IMG/VR virus record: IMGVR_UViG_3300032277_002983
Coordinates: 1 to 37,701 of that record
Length of the DNA: 37,701 nucleotides
From: a virus
Lineage: Duplodnaviria; Caudoviricetes
Strand: one strand, 5' to 3'
In this document: in pieces, positions 19,593 to 28,253 of the stretch
How the letters are laid out: each line of letters begins with the position of its first letter
How positions within the stretch are numbered: position 1 is the first letter of the stretch
Notes under the pieces: model-generated
Database searches by the model: none
Told to the model about the DNA's origin: nothing
The model's input: the letters and a program-made list of their open reading frames with translations, nothing else
Program-made: the position numbers and the translations under genes

Positions 19593-20948
19593 CTATTTTC
19601 CGTTTACCATACTAAGCGTTAGACGCCTAGCCTTTAGTGTTAAATACATTGTTACGATCTGTGTTTGTGCGTCGAATGAGCTAACAACATCGACGCCGAT
19701 GGCAGTTTCAATTATTGAAATTAATGTAGTAATTGAACTAGCATCCAACCCTATGCCAATATCTGAAACTGGGACATTAATCTCTACTGATAGCGCGTCA
19801 TTTCCTGAGCCAATATCCGATATTACTTTTAGTGATGTTTTTATTACGTTAAGTACATCATCGCCAGTTGCTGTATCAATAACGGATAAACTGACAGTGA
19901 TTAGTTGCGCATCTACGCCTGCCCCATTGTCTGATACTGTTGCGCTAACGCCTATATTATTTATTACATCGCTGCCGGTTGCCTGGTCTGATAGGGCCTT
20001 AAGCACCGCTGACAAAACGCTGACTGCATCAGTGCCTAACCCTGAATCAGTGATGGAAAACGTGACATTGATCCCGGATATTTGATCAGCGCCACTACCG
20101 GTATCTGCTAGCGAAAAATCGTTACTTGGCCCAGGCGCGGAATCATCACCTGTGCCGATATCATTTAACGAAAAACCTACCGCTATTGAGTTGATCGAGT
20201 CAGACGCTGAGCCGATATCTGTTATAGTTTTTGTAACTCCACCGGACGCCGATGCGGCGATAAATATCGGCTCAGGCAAAACCCGGCTAATCGGGAAATC
20301 CTCAACCGTTGTAGGCGATCCGTTGCGCGTGCCATTATGCGCGCCAGCTACATCGTAAATAGTCGCCTCAGCAGAAACCATTGGATGGTAGCAGTCTGGC
20401 GTATAGCCTAGTTGCCAGATTGTCATGCCCGAGGCCAGCGCCTCTATCTCGGCATTAGATAGAAAAAAATCACCTTTGAAAAATTCGCCAGCTACGCCAC
20501 CATAATACCTATCAGCGTTGGCGTCAGCCCGGCGTCCAATGTTAAATGCCCCGTTATTTATGGCTGATGTAAATGCTACTGACGCTTCTGTTACTACAGA
20601 CCCCCCGGAAACGCATGCCTGTAAATAGCATGTCGTTCCGTCATTTTGCAGTATCAGAAGTCGATTTTTACCATCGGCGCCGTATGCGCTGGTGCCTTGC
20701 AATGCTGCCGCCTCAACTCTCGCGCTCCATTTATTGGCGTTACCCTCCCCGGCCTCGGAAAGATACAAATGCAGCGAATCTGCAACGGCAAAGTTTCCAC
20801 TGCTAAATAAATACTGGAATAAAGAACCAGAATTATCATCCACACGAGTCCATATACCGAAACACCACGGCGATGCAGCAGGGCACGACATAGCCGCCGA
20901 ATCTGCTAATTCATACCATTGGTCCGTTTCGTTATATTTTACTGCCAC
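19593..20948 (-). CDS. LamG/concanavalin-like domain protein with repetitive stalk
   Basis: N-terminal FNIGRR...YYGG.......LS.AEI.AL LamG-like motif; about 10 D-x-G-x-G-x-D repeats in the C-terminal half. Confidence 0.7.
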   Translation of the reverse strand: MAVKYNETDQWYELADSAAMSCPAASPWCFGIWTRVDDNSGSLFQYLFSSGNFAVADSLHLYLSEAGEGNANKWSARVEAAALQGTSAYGADGKNRLLILQNDGTTCYLQACVSGGSVVTEASVAFTSAINNGAFNIGRRADANADRYYGGVAGEFFKGDFFLSNAEIEALASGMTIWQLGYTPDCYHPMVSAEATIYDVAGAHNGTRNGSPTTVEDFPISRVLPEPIFIAASASGGVTKTITDIGSASDSINSIAVGFSLNDIGTGDDSAPGPSNDFSLADTGSGADQISGINVTFSITDSGLGTDAVSVLSAVLKALSDQATGSDVINNIGVSATVSDNGAGVDAQLITVSLSVIDTATGDDVLNVIKTSLKVISDIGSGNDALSVEINVPVSDIGIGLDASSITTLISIIETAIGVDVVSSFDAQTQIVTMYLTLKARRLTLSMVNGK

Positions 20949-20952
20949 GGCG

Positions 20953-21432
20953 TTATGCTGCCGTGTATGTCAACGAAACAGCAAGTAACTCTAAATCGCC
21001 AGCCGCTGTATCGCTAGCGTTGTTCGCATCCCGGCTTAATTTTATAGCGGCCCAGTCGCCAGCCGCTACACCATCGGCATTTGTTAGCGTTATTGATATT
21101 TCATCAATATATCCGGCTGTGCCTGGCACTGCTGTGGCGGCTGATGTATTGGCAGTATCATAACTATCAGAATCAACGGCAGCGGCATCTCCATCGGATA
21201 AGGCCATTACCTCAACCGCCATAATAACGTTGCCACTGGTTGCTGACGCCATTGCATATTGTATTTTTGCGGTCAGCGCTGAGCCGTAATCAGCTGGCAT
21301 GCGGAATGTCCAATGCATTAACTCATCCGTTGCAGCATCGAACAAGATACGCGGCTTAGAGTTAAATAGCCCAAAACCCGGTGGATTTGTTATATCAAAA
21401 TGCCCAGGTATTGGTAACAGTATCTCGCTCAT
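20953..21432 (-). CDS. Hypothetical beta-sandwich virion/fibre-like protein
   Basis: FDAATDE...F.MP.DY...RDA....DT pattern; Ala/Thr/Asp-rich. Confidence 0.55.
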   Translation of the reverse strand: MSEILLPIPGHFDITNPPGFGLFNSKPRILFDAATDELMHWTFRMPADYGSALTAKIQYAMASATSGNVIMAVEVMALSDGDAAAVDSDSYDTANTSAATAVPGTAGYIDEISITLTNADGVAAGDWAAIKLSRDANNASDTAAGDLELLAVSLTYTAA

Positions 21433-22169
21433 TGTATCCTGACCGCATCAGCATTTGCTTGACCGCCGGATGCCGGTACAGTGATGACGACGATTGCGGC
21501 GACAGTAAAATTATATTGAGGCAACGAATTCCATTGACCACCGTTGACCTGCTGGTTAACAGTCAGCGTATCAAGCAACGTTGGCCCATCGTATATTTGC
21601 ACCTGGACTAATGTCGATCTATTAACGTGAGCCGTCCACCACAATGACACGATGCGGCTACCAGTAAGCGTTGATGTGTATGTGTAACTATCACCTGGCT
21701 GGTCTGAATAAACCGAATCAGGACCATACCAACCAACGGTAGTGGATGTTTGCCACGAACCTACACCAATCGCTTCATCGTCAGAATTATCAATAATCAA
21801 TGTTGGCGCCGCACCAACCACCAATTGCACACCACCAGGCACATCAGGCGGACCCACAGTAAACGACTCACTGACAACGTTGCTATATGCGCTACAACCC
21901 TCCACGGCATGGCATGCCCTAACCTGGACGTTATACGTGGTGGTCACAACAGGATCCGTAACGGTTATTACAGATTGATATTGCGCCGGTTGCGGCGCCT
22001 GCGTTTGCACCACACCACAGCTAATGGTCGGCGCTGCATCAACTCTGTATAAGCACTCGTAACTTTCAGGCAGCGCGCCAGCTTGATTACTATCCCAGCT
22101 AACCGTTAAATCCAACGCAAATACATTAACGCTGTACAACAGCGATAACAACAACACTATAATTTTCAT
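21429..22169 (-). CDS. Secreted protein: FN3 plus golvesin/xanthan-lyase-type C-terminal domain
   Basis: Sec signal peptide (MKIIVLLLSLLYSVNVFA), FN3 (VSWD...Y.VQVRA...S..S), IIDNSD...VNQQVNGGQW..L..Y.F...ADAVR. Confidence 0.7.
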   Translation of the reverse strand: MKIIVLLLSLLYSVNVFALDLTVSWDSNQAGALPESYECLYRVDAAPTISCGVVQTQAPQPAQYQSVITVTDPVVTTTYNVQVRACHAVEGCSAYSNVVSESFTVGPPDVPGGVQLVVGAAPTLIIDNSDDEAIGVGSWQTSTTVGWYGPDSVYSDQPGDSYTYTSTLTGSRIVSLWWTAHVNRSTLVQVQIYDGPTLLDTLTVNQQVNGGQWNSLPQYNFTVAAIVVITVPASGGQANADAVRIQ

Positions 22170-22184
22170 TTTTTGTTACGCCCA

Positions 22185-22210
22185 CAAAAAAGCCGCCCTG
22201 CAAGGCGGCT
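22185..22210 (-). terminator. tR'-like terminator ahead of the late operon
   Basis: Minus strand AGCCGCC-TTGCAG-GGCGGCT-TTTTT. Confidence 0.8.
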
Positions 22211-22284
22211 GACATTGATAACGAGAGAAAGTACGCCTTATTTGTTTGGCGTTATTGCAGTGACAACTTTACACAGTAATGATA

Positions 22285-22312
22285 ATCATAGAGCATTCCC
22301 TGGTTGATTCAA
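22285..22312 (-). promoter_or_regulatory. pR'-like late promoter
   Basis: TTGAAT-16 bp-TATGAT just downstream of the Q-like gene and upstream of the terminator. Confidence 0.5.
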
Positions 22313-22343
22313 GCATATAAATGCAAATACAGGGAAATTAGTA

Positions 22344-22991
22344 TTATTTCCCTGTTTCACGTGAAGCGTGCAATGTTGGGTATCTCGTTAATTTTTGCTG
22401 TTCACGTTTTCGTTCTGCGGCTCTTTTGCGTATCACATCGCTTAAGTTAAAGGGTTTGTGTTGGCGATCTATTTTATATAACTCACAAAACAAATCGTGA
22501 TACTGTGCATGCGTTCGAATCTTGCTCGAAATCACATCGTATATTTTCGAGTATCGCTCTTCGAGTGTTTTTGCCGAGCGGTTTCGTTTTTCTGCGATCG
22601 CATCAGTCAACAGTTTGTGTTTAAATCGGTCGTACACCAAATATTTTTCAATATCATTTAGCCCCACAATGATCTGATGCAAAATATTCATTTTTAGGTG
22701 TTGGTCGTACCAGGGCAGTTCTGGCTTTTTTCGGCTAACGGTGGAATTATTGGTGATGTAGTGTGAAGCCCGGTACTCTCGCAACCTGGCCTGATACACG
22801 CCATCATCGGCATCGTCCAGCTGGCCACCAGCTGACCTGACTACGCGACGAATATCGGGCTCTGAAAACGTCGTGTAAATATTAACGATCTTCAGCACCT
22901 CAGACGGGTAATCAACAAACCCGATTGGACAACTTTCCCAGCCGCCCCAGTCTGCCAGATAAATCTTAACCTGCTTTCTGTCGCCCTGCAT
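22344..22991 (-). CDS. Late transcription regulator / antiterminator Q-like
   Basis: Sits in the Q position; L.DWG.W N-terminus and C-terminal HTH-like IAEKRNRSAKTLEERY. Confidence 0.55.
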   Translation of the reverse strand: MQGDRKQVKIYLADWGGWESCPIGFVDYPSEVLKIVNIYTTFSEPDIRRVVRSAGGQLDDADDGVYQARLREYRASHYITNNSTVSRKKPELPWYDQHLKMNILHQIIVGLNDIEKYLVYDRFKHKLLTDAIAEKRNRSAKTLEERYSKIYDVISSKIRTHAQYHDLFCELYKIDRQHKPFNLSDVIRKRAAERKREQQKLTRYPTLHASRETGK

Positions 22992-23208
22992 GTTTCACCT
23001 CACCGCTGCTGTTCGATTTATAATGTAACTCACACGCATCCACCGCCATCCTCACGCCCTGCTCACCGCTAAAGTATCCAATAGCCACGCTCCTTGATTC
23101 TGGCGCCCAGGCTACATAAACAGGCGCGCCGTTAACCCGGCAAACACAAATCCTATAACCCGCATGAGAATCGCTATAATACGTATTTCGCTTGGCCCAC
23201 CGCACCAA
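22966..23208 (-). CDS. Hypothetical protein
   Basis: 80 aa ORF with YVAW and A..ACE.H pattern of small phage proteins. Confidence 0.6.
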   Translation of the reverse strand: MVRWAKRNTYYSDSHAGYRICVCRVNGAPVYVAWAPESRSVAIGYFSGEQGVRMAVDACELHYKSNSSGEVKHAGRQKAG

Positions 23209-23215
23209 ATCACAC

Positions 23216-23466
23216 CCTTGCCAACCCTTGCCAACCTAAAAAGCCTAGGTTGGCAAGGGTAACTAATTGATATATATAATAATATACACACATAGATAAC
23301 ATAGACAACGTACATGCGCGCGCGCGCGTGCGTGTGTGCGCGCCTGCGCACATGTATACACGAGGAATAGGTTGGCAAGGTTGGCAAATCGCTGTAGAAC
23401 CGCACCACAGCTGGCTTTGCGCTTGCCAACCTACGGCATTTGAGGTTGGCAAGGGTTGGCAAGGTT
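23216..23466. repeat. Putative replication origin: eight TTGCCAAC iterons in both orientations
   Basis: Forward at 23218, 23228, 23423; reverse at 23249, 23371, 23380, 23445, 23455; flank an AT-rich patch and an alternating purine-pyrimidine tract; directly downstream of the helicase gene. Confidence 0.75.
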
Positions 23467-23485
23467 GACTAAAAATGCTCATAAA

Positions 23486-24949
23486 TCACTCATTTGGTAA
23501 GTTAAAATCGCTATTATCATCAAGATCAACCTGGGTTGGTGTTACTACCGCCCACCCTGCAGGCCGTTCATAAACGTGCCGTTGGCTCTTTTTATTACCG
23601 ATTAAAACTATACGGCGTTTCTTGTTCCAGCCAATTTGTTTTAAAATTGGCGCAATACGATTCTGGTCAGCCCGGGTAATGTGAGCGTTATCTTTCTTCA
23701 GTGCCGCATTAAGTATCATGTCAGACGTCACGTAATCCGCCGTAATGCTGTGTAAGTAATCCTCAATAGGATACTGCCACGGATCAATTTGCAGCCGTGA
23801 GTCTTGCTCACGTTCAATCTGAGCGCGTTCGTTGTCGGCTGGCCACCACTGTTCACCAGCGTTAAAACGATGCATCGCCTCTGCCCACAATTGATCACGC
23901 TGCTCAATGACGAACGCCGGATTGACGGCATAACACCGCACCGGCCAATAGCGCCGGTTACCGGTATAATCTTTTAGGTATTCGTCTTGGTTGGTGGTAC
24001 CAACGAAAACCACCTGGCGCGGGAAATCCTGCGACGCATGCCCATAACTAGGCCGGTATCGATCCCGTGTTTGCGAGAAAAACGCTTTTGCTGTTGTACT
24101 TTCGGCTTTATTAAAACTATCTAACTCTGGCAATTCAGCGCCCCAGACGCCCTGGATGTTCTGATATGCGTCCTTATCACCCAATGGCATGGGTGCATCA
24201 GAATACCATTCGCCGAACAGCGCTTTAACAACGCTGGACTTACCGCGCCCCTGCCGGCCCTCAAGAATCAGAACATTATCCATCTTAACTGGCGGCCGCA
24301 TCACGCGAGCCACCGCACCGATTAAAAATTTGCGGCCGACAACCGCGAGATAATTATTATCCGCGGCGATGTCATCCGCCAACAACTCCACCCTGGCACC
24401 CAGGGCGTCCACCAACCAATGATCAAGCCTATCTATGCCATCCCATTCTAGAGCACCAAGGTATTCGCGTACTGGATGAAAGCGCCTATCCCGAGACACC
24501 TTAACCACCGCATCAATGATGGCTTTTTCAGACGGATTAAAATAATGCTTCTCTCCCAACCACACCGACAAAATCGACTTGTCGGCATCCTCCCACTCAC
24601 CGGCAGTACAGCGCCCAATCGTGGGTTGGCGCTTAATAACCCGATACGAAAAATCGCAATACGCCAGTTTTTCGCGAAATTCGGCGTCATTTTCCAGGAT
24701 TAGCGCAACATTGAAGGACCATGGCAATATGCCACCCTTCTCATTTCTGCGTAGATCCAGCTGCCATTGACTATTCCAGCCATCCGAAGACTCAGGCGCC
24801 GTACTTGAATCAAGCTCGCGCTGTACAGTGTCATTATCAGCGTTACCGCTGTTTAACCCCTCGGTAAATTGACGCCTGACCTCATCAATACCGAAACAAC
24901 AATGTAAATCATTCCAATCGGTGAACTTACTATCAGTTTCCGACATCAA
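23486..24949 (-). CDS. VapE-like (virulence-associated E family) P-loop helicase
   Basis: FHPVREYL..LEWDG..R, LEGRQGRGKS Walker A, R.SYG, GTTN..EYLKD.TGNRRYWPV. Confidence 0.9.
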   Translation of the reverse strand: MMSETDSKFTDWNDLHCCFGIDEVRRQFTEGLNSGNADNDTVQRELDSSTAPESSDGWNSQWQLDLRRNEKGGILPWSFNVALILENDAEFREKLAYCDFSYRVIKRQPTIGRCTAGEWEDADKSILSVWLGEKHYFNPSEKAIIDAVVKVSRDRRFHPVREYLGALEWDGIDRLDHWLVDALGARVELLADDIAADNNYLAVVGRKFLIGAVARVMRPPVKMDNVLILEGRQGRGKSSVVKALFGEWYSDAPMPLGDKDAYQNIQGVWGAELPELDSFNKAESTTAKAFFSQTRDRYRPSYGHASQDFPRQVVFVGTTNQDEYLKDYTGNRRYWPVRCYAVNPAFVIEQRDQLWAEAMHRFNAGEQWWPADNERAQIEREQDSRLQIDPWQYPIEDYLHSITADYVTSDMILNAALKKDNAHITRADQNRIAPILKQIGWNKKRRIVLIGNKKSQRHVYERPAGWAVVTPTQVDLDDNSDFNLPNE

Positions 24950-25791
24950 CGGCGAGCCTGCGAAAAATCAGGATAAAAAACCTGACCACCCACGGCCGTT
25001 GCCGCCTCTTTCCCTTTTGTCAATCCTGGATTGCCATTAGTGTGCGCGTCGTTGTCCGCGCAGATTATAAGACGTGCATTGCTGTATTTTTCCGCGAGCG
25101 CTTCGGCAACTGGTTTAAGATTGCCCGCATCAAACGCCACCACTACCGGCCACCGCATTGCCATGTGCATCGTAGCGCCGGTCGCATAACCTTCCGTAAT
25201 TAATATTTTATTGGTTTCGCCGGTTATTTCACCAATCAAATGAAACCGGCCCTTTTTTGATGTGCCGGTTAGGAACTTCTTACCACCCAAACCGTCGATA
25301 AACTGCAAACCCCACAACTTTCCATCAACATCACGCACCGGCACAGCAATGGAACCACGCGTAAACCGTATACCGAAATTCCGGACCTTCTTGCGCGTTA
25401 AATAATCAGACGAACCACCTTCCGGCAACCCCTCCCAGATTGTTTGTGCGCGCTGCGCCGTTTCCTCGGCCAGCGCCGCACGCTGTTTAACAGCCTCGCG
25501 CCTGGCTAATTCTATTTTTTGACGCGCTTCAGCCATTTCCTGCTGCGATAATTCCGTCTTAATATCCGACAAATCAAACGTAACGCGCTGGCCGGTGGCG
25601 TGATTACACGCCACCCCCAGCACCACAACATTGTTGTTACGCAACACTTGCTCAGTAAGGATATAAGAGCCGCGTTTTTTTGATTTCGACTTGCCCTCGA
25701 TGGGCACATAATGCCAACCACCATCGATAATTACGTTGTCAATATCCAGACCGATTTCACGGCACTCAAATAAAATATTATTCGCATCCAT
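24946..25791 (-). CDS. TOPRIM DNA primase (TraC/P4 alpha-like)
   Basis: YL.RK.V, LQFI...G.K.F..G, ITEGYATG, VAFDAGNL, ICADND, NPG. Confidence 0.9.
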   Translation of the reverse strand: MDANNILFECREIGLDIDNVIIDGGWHYVPIEGKSKSKKRGSYILTEQVLRNNNVVVLGVACNHATGQRVTFDLSDIKTELSQQEMAEARQKIELARREAVKQRAALAEETAQRAQTIWEGLPEGGSSDYLTRKKVRNFGIRFTRGSIAVPVRDVDGKLWGLQFIDGLGGKKFLTGTSKKGRFHLIGEITGETNKILITEGYATGATMHMAMRWPVVVAFDAGNLKPVAEALAEKYSNARLIICADNDAHTNGNPGLTKGKEAATAVGGQVFYPDFSQARR

Positions 25792-25794
25792 AAA

Positions 25795-26142
25795 TCACCA
25801 TTTAATTAACTGACCTATAAACGGTAGCCCGTGTGTTTTTTTAAAAAACGCCTTGAATTCGCAAACACCATCAAAGCCATCGGAAACCGCCAACGCATGA
25901 ACCTGGTGACCATTCAGTGTTTCACAATTAACATTCACCACGTCGTCATCAATAAATATCTGATCCACCGATTTTGCAACTGCCTGGCCCAGTTTTAGGC
26001 AACTGGGTGAGCGCATCCCGGTATACAAATAGAGCGTATCCCCAACCCGGAAAGGCCGTTTTCGATAAGCGCGAATGGTTTGCCGTTTTTTGAACGACTG
26101 AATACGATCCGCAAAACACGCCATGAAATTTAGCGCCGGCAT
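25795..26142 (-). CDS. ASCH/PUA-like domain protein
   Basis: K.QTIR.....F.VGD.L.LYTGMR...A..DGF...I.W. Confidence 0.8.
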   Translation of the reverse strand: MPALNFMACFADRIQSFKKRQTIRAYRKRPFRVGDTLYLYTGMRSPSCLKLGQAVAKSVDQIFIDDDVVNVNCETLNGHQVHALAVSDGFDGVCEFKAFFKKTHGLPFIGQLIKW

Positions 26143-26339
26143 CAGTGCATCTCACTATATTCATGCATCACATCATTAACGATGCGTGCAATGTCGTCAT
26201 CTTCACCAGCGATTGAGTAAATCTGTTTGATGGCAATCTCCAGTTCAAATATGCGGTCATGGCAATCATTAAGCTCATGCTGTAACAGGTTGGTTTGTAC
26301 GTAGGTAATTGAAACTTTTTCGTTGTTGTTGTTTTCCAT
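26142..26339 (-). CDS. Hypothetical coiled-coil protein
   Basis: 65 aa ORF coupled to the ASCH gene. Confidence 0.55.
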   Translation of the reverse strand: MENNNNEKVSITYVQTNLLQHELNDCHDRIFELEIAIKQIYSIAGEDDDIARIVNDVMHEYSEMH

Positions 26340-26451
26340 TGCCAGTCTTTTGCTTACAACGTTTCAGAATTTGCCGATTGCGTTTATTATTTTAGGTTGA
26401 TATCGTCGCTTAAACGGATACAAGCAAAATTAACGGACGAAATTACATGCA

Positions 26452-26673
26452 TCACTTCGGTTTACATAGCTCACCATTAAATAGCGCCCTTAAAAGATCG
26501 CCGCTGTTTAGCTCACCACCTGTTTTTGCCTCGAACTCCACAGCCTTTCTTGCAGATACTTTTCTACGCCCACTTTCCACGTGAGTGATATAGCCCTGGG
26601 TAACACCCAGCATATTTGCAAGTTGTAGCTGCGTAAGATTCTTCGATTTTCGAAATTCTCGCAATGGATTCAT
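26452..26673 (-). CDS. Cro-like HTH regulator
   Basis: LTQLQLANMLGVTQGYITHVESGRR XRE HTH; divergent from the repressor; start taken at MNPLREF. Confidence 0.88.
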   Translation of the reverse strand: MNPLREFRKSKNLTQLQLANMLGVTQGYITHVESGRRKVSARKAVEFEAKTGGELNSGDLLRALFNGELCKPK

Positions 26674-26679
26674 TATAAA

Positions 26680-26707
26680 ACAATACACTACGTATTTATT
26701 TTGTCAA
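26680..26707 (-). promoter_or_regulatory. pR-like promoter overlapped by operator AATACACTACGTATT (26682-26696)
   Basis: Minus strand TTGACA-16 bp-TATTGT; palindrome AATAC-N5-GTATT. Confidence 0.65.
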
Positions 26708-26758
26708 GCATAATAATACGTTCAGTCACTTTTATAACGGCAAGAACAGAATCAAAAT

Positions 26759-27112
26759 ATGCGGATGAATAAACTTGATTGGCGCTCACGCTTTATAAAG
26801 CGATTAGAACAATTAAAACGTAGCGAAAAACTGACTCAAGAACGCCTGGGTGAAATTTTAGGTGTGACCCAGGGTACAATCGGGCACTGGAAAACTGGCA
26901 AGCGCTCACCCGATAATCTCGATCAGTATGAGAAATTAGCAAAAGCGTTGAAACTGCACCCCGCCGAACTGCTATACGGCATAAAGCCGCTGGATTGTGA
27001 CGGTAAGTACGTCATAGAGGCGTGGGACCGACTGTCGTCCAGCAATCGAAGATATATTATCGGTATGATCGACGGGCTTATAAAATCACAACAAGAATCG
27101 ATTAAAAAATAA
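26759..27112 (+). CDS. CI-like repressor (XRE HTH, no S24 peptidase domain)
   Basis: LTQERLGEILGVTQGTIGHWKTGKRSP; only 117 aa. Confidence 0.85.
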   Translation: MRMNKLDWRSRFIKRLEQLKRSEKLTQERLGEILGVTQGTIGHWKTGKRSPDNLDQYEKLAKALKLHPAELLYGIKPLDCDGKYVIEAWDRLSSSNRRYIIGMIDGLIKSQQESIKK

Positions 27113-27122
27113 AGGTGCACCA

Positions 27123-27722
27123 ATGAAAAATGAAAACCAAATTACCGCTCTCGCAACTGCTTTGATCATATTGATTATTTGTCCTACTGAAAGCGCATCA
27201 GCCAGAGAAATTGAGCGCGGCACAGTAAGTTTCTCTGCTGGGTCAGAATTTAGAGTTGGATCATCAGTACTAAAAACGCCAGGCGAGACGGACACAAAGA
27301 CAGATAAATCTGGGATAGACCTGTTTGGATTTTACTATTTATCAAAAAATGTCGGTATAGGCGGAACTTGGTTGTATGAAAACGAAAAATCAACACAGGG
27401 GCAGGACGTAGAGAAAACAAAATCCAACCTTATCGGACCCGCCTTTATATTCTCCCATAGCGTCACAGAATCCACAAATTTCAGCTTTTCAGGCGCCGCG
27501 GTATTTGGAAAAATAGAAACAGGAAACGGCGACATAACAACTGAAGTCGATGGCGACGGATGGTCGCTAGGGTTAAATATCAATCATTTTTTAACAGACA
27601 GCATGTCAATTGATACTGGATTCAATTACACATCGTTATCGTTCGATGGTAATTCGCTCATTCCAGACGTTGATATTGACGGAGCAGCACTTGCGGTTTC
27701 TTTATCCGTCTATCTGAATTGA
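27123..27722 (+). CDS. Outer-membrane beta-barrel protein (8-stranded OmpA/Lom-like moron)
   Basis: Signal peptide ending ASA, alternating amphipathic strands, terminal strand LAVSLSVYLN. Confidence 0.8.
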   Translation: MKNENQITALATALIILIICPTESASAREIERGTVSFSAGSEFRVGSSVLKTPGETDTKTDKSGIDLFGFYYLSKNVGIGGTWLYENEKSTQGQDVEKTKSNLIGPAFIFSHSVTESTNFSFSGAAVFGKIETGNGDITTEVDGDGWSLGLNINHFLTDSMSIDTGFNYTSLSFDGNSLIPDVDIDGAALAVSLSVYLN

Positions 27723-28019
27723 TTGTTGGCGCGTATCAATATTCAACTGTTCGGCCAGCTCATCCAAAAGCTTTAAATGGTCTGACGATTTACCAAAACC
27801 TTGCCTGTTTAACTCTTCAGTAATTTCCCTGCCATTCAGCAGGTGGCCCGGTAATAACCCCTGGTCAGATGCTACAGCAACGCCAAAGCAGTTCTGCATA
27901 AATGATAGCGACTCATATAAACCTGAAAAGATATCGTGCACCGATTTAGATTTTAAAGTCGCTTGATGCCCCTCTTCGCAACAGTGATTTTGGTTAAAAA
28001 TAGCGTGATTATTCGCCAA
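27702..28019 (-). CDS. Hypothetical protein
   Basis: 105 aa, TTG start with G-rich RBS; convergent on the barrel gene. Confidence 0.45.
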   Translation of the reverse strand: MANNHAIFNQNHCCEEGHQATLKSKSVHDIFSGLYESLSFMQNCFGVAVASDQGLLPGHLLNGREITEELNRQGFGKSSDHLKLLDELAEQLNIDTRQQSIQIDG

Positions 28020-28212
28020 GACCCCACCCCTTTATTGTCCGTTGTTCGGTAGATTATTTTTATATAACATCACATCAGTATAGCTAATACGCTCAGCGTC
28101 ACAAACAAAACAACCAAAAATTTATTAGTAACCCACCGCGCCCCCCCATTACTAACATTACATTTACCAATTAATTCAACAAGTTAAGAATTTGCAGGTT
28201 AAATTAAATAAT

Positions 28213-28253
28213 AATACATTTAGTATTGACATAATTAATACATGGTGTAGTAT
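28213..28253 (+). promoter_or_regulatory. pL-like promoter with operator AATACATTTAGTATT (28213-28227) and partial copy (28237-28251)
   Basis: TTGACA at 28226, 16 bp, TAGTAT at 28248; same AATAC-N5-GTATT palindrome as at pR. Confidence 0.7.

Noticed and set aside
23216-23466. Possible CRISPR array
   Set aside because: Repeats are only 8-11 bp, in both orientations, with irregular spacing and no cas genes
23112-23482. ORFs of 116 and 90 aa with PTLPT/CQPCQP repeats
   Set aside because: Translations of the iteron and alternating tract; better explained as a non-coding origin
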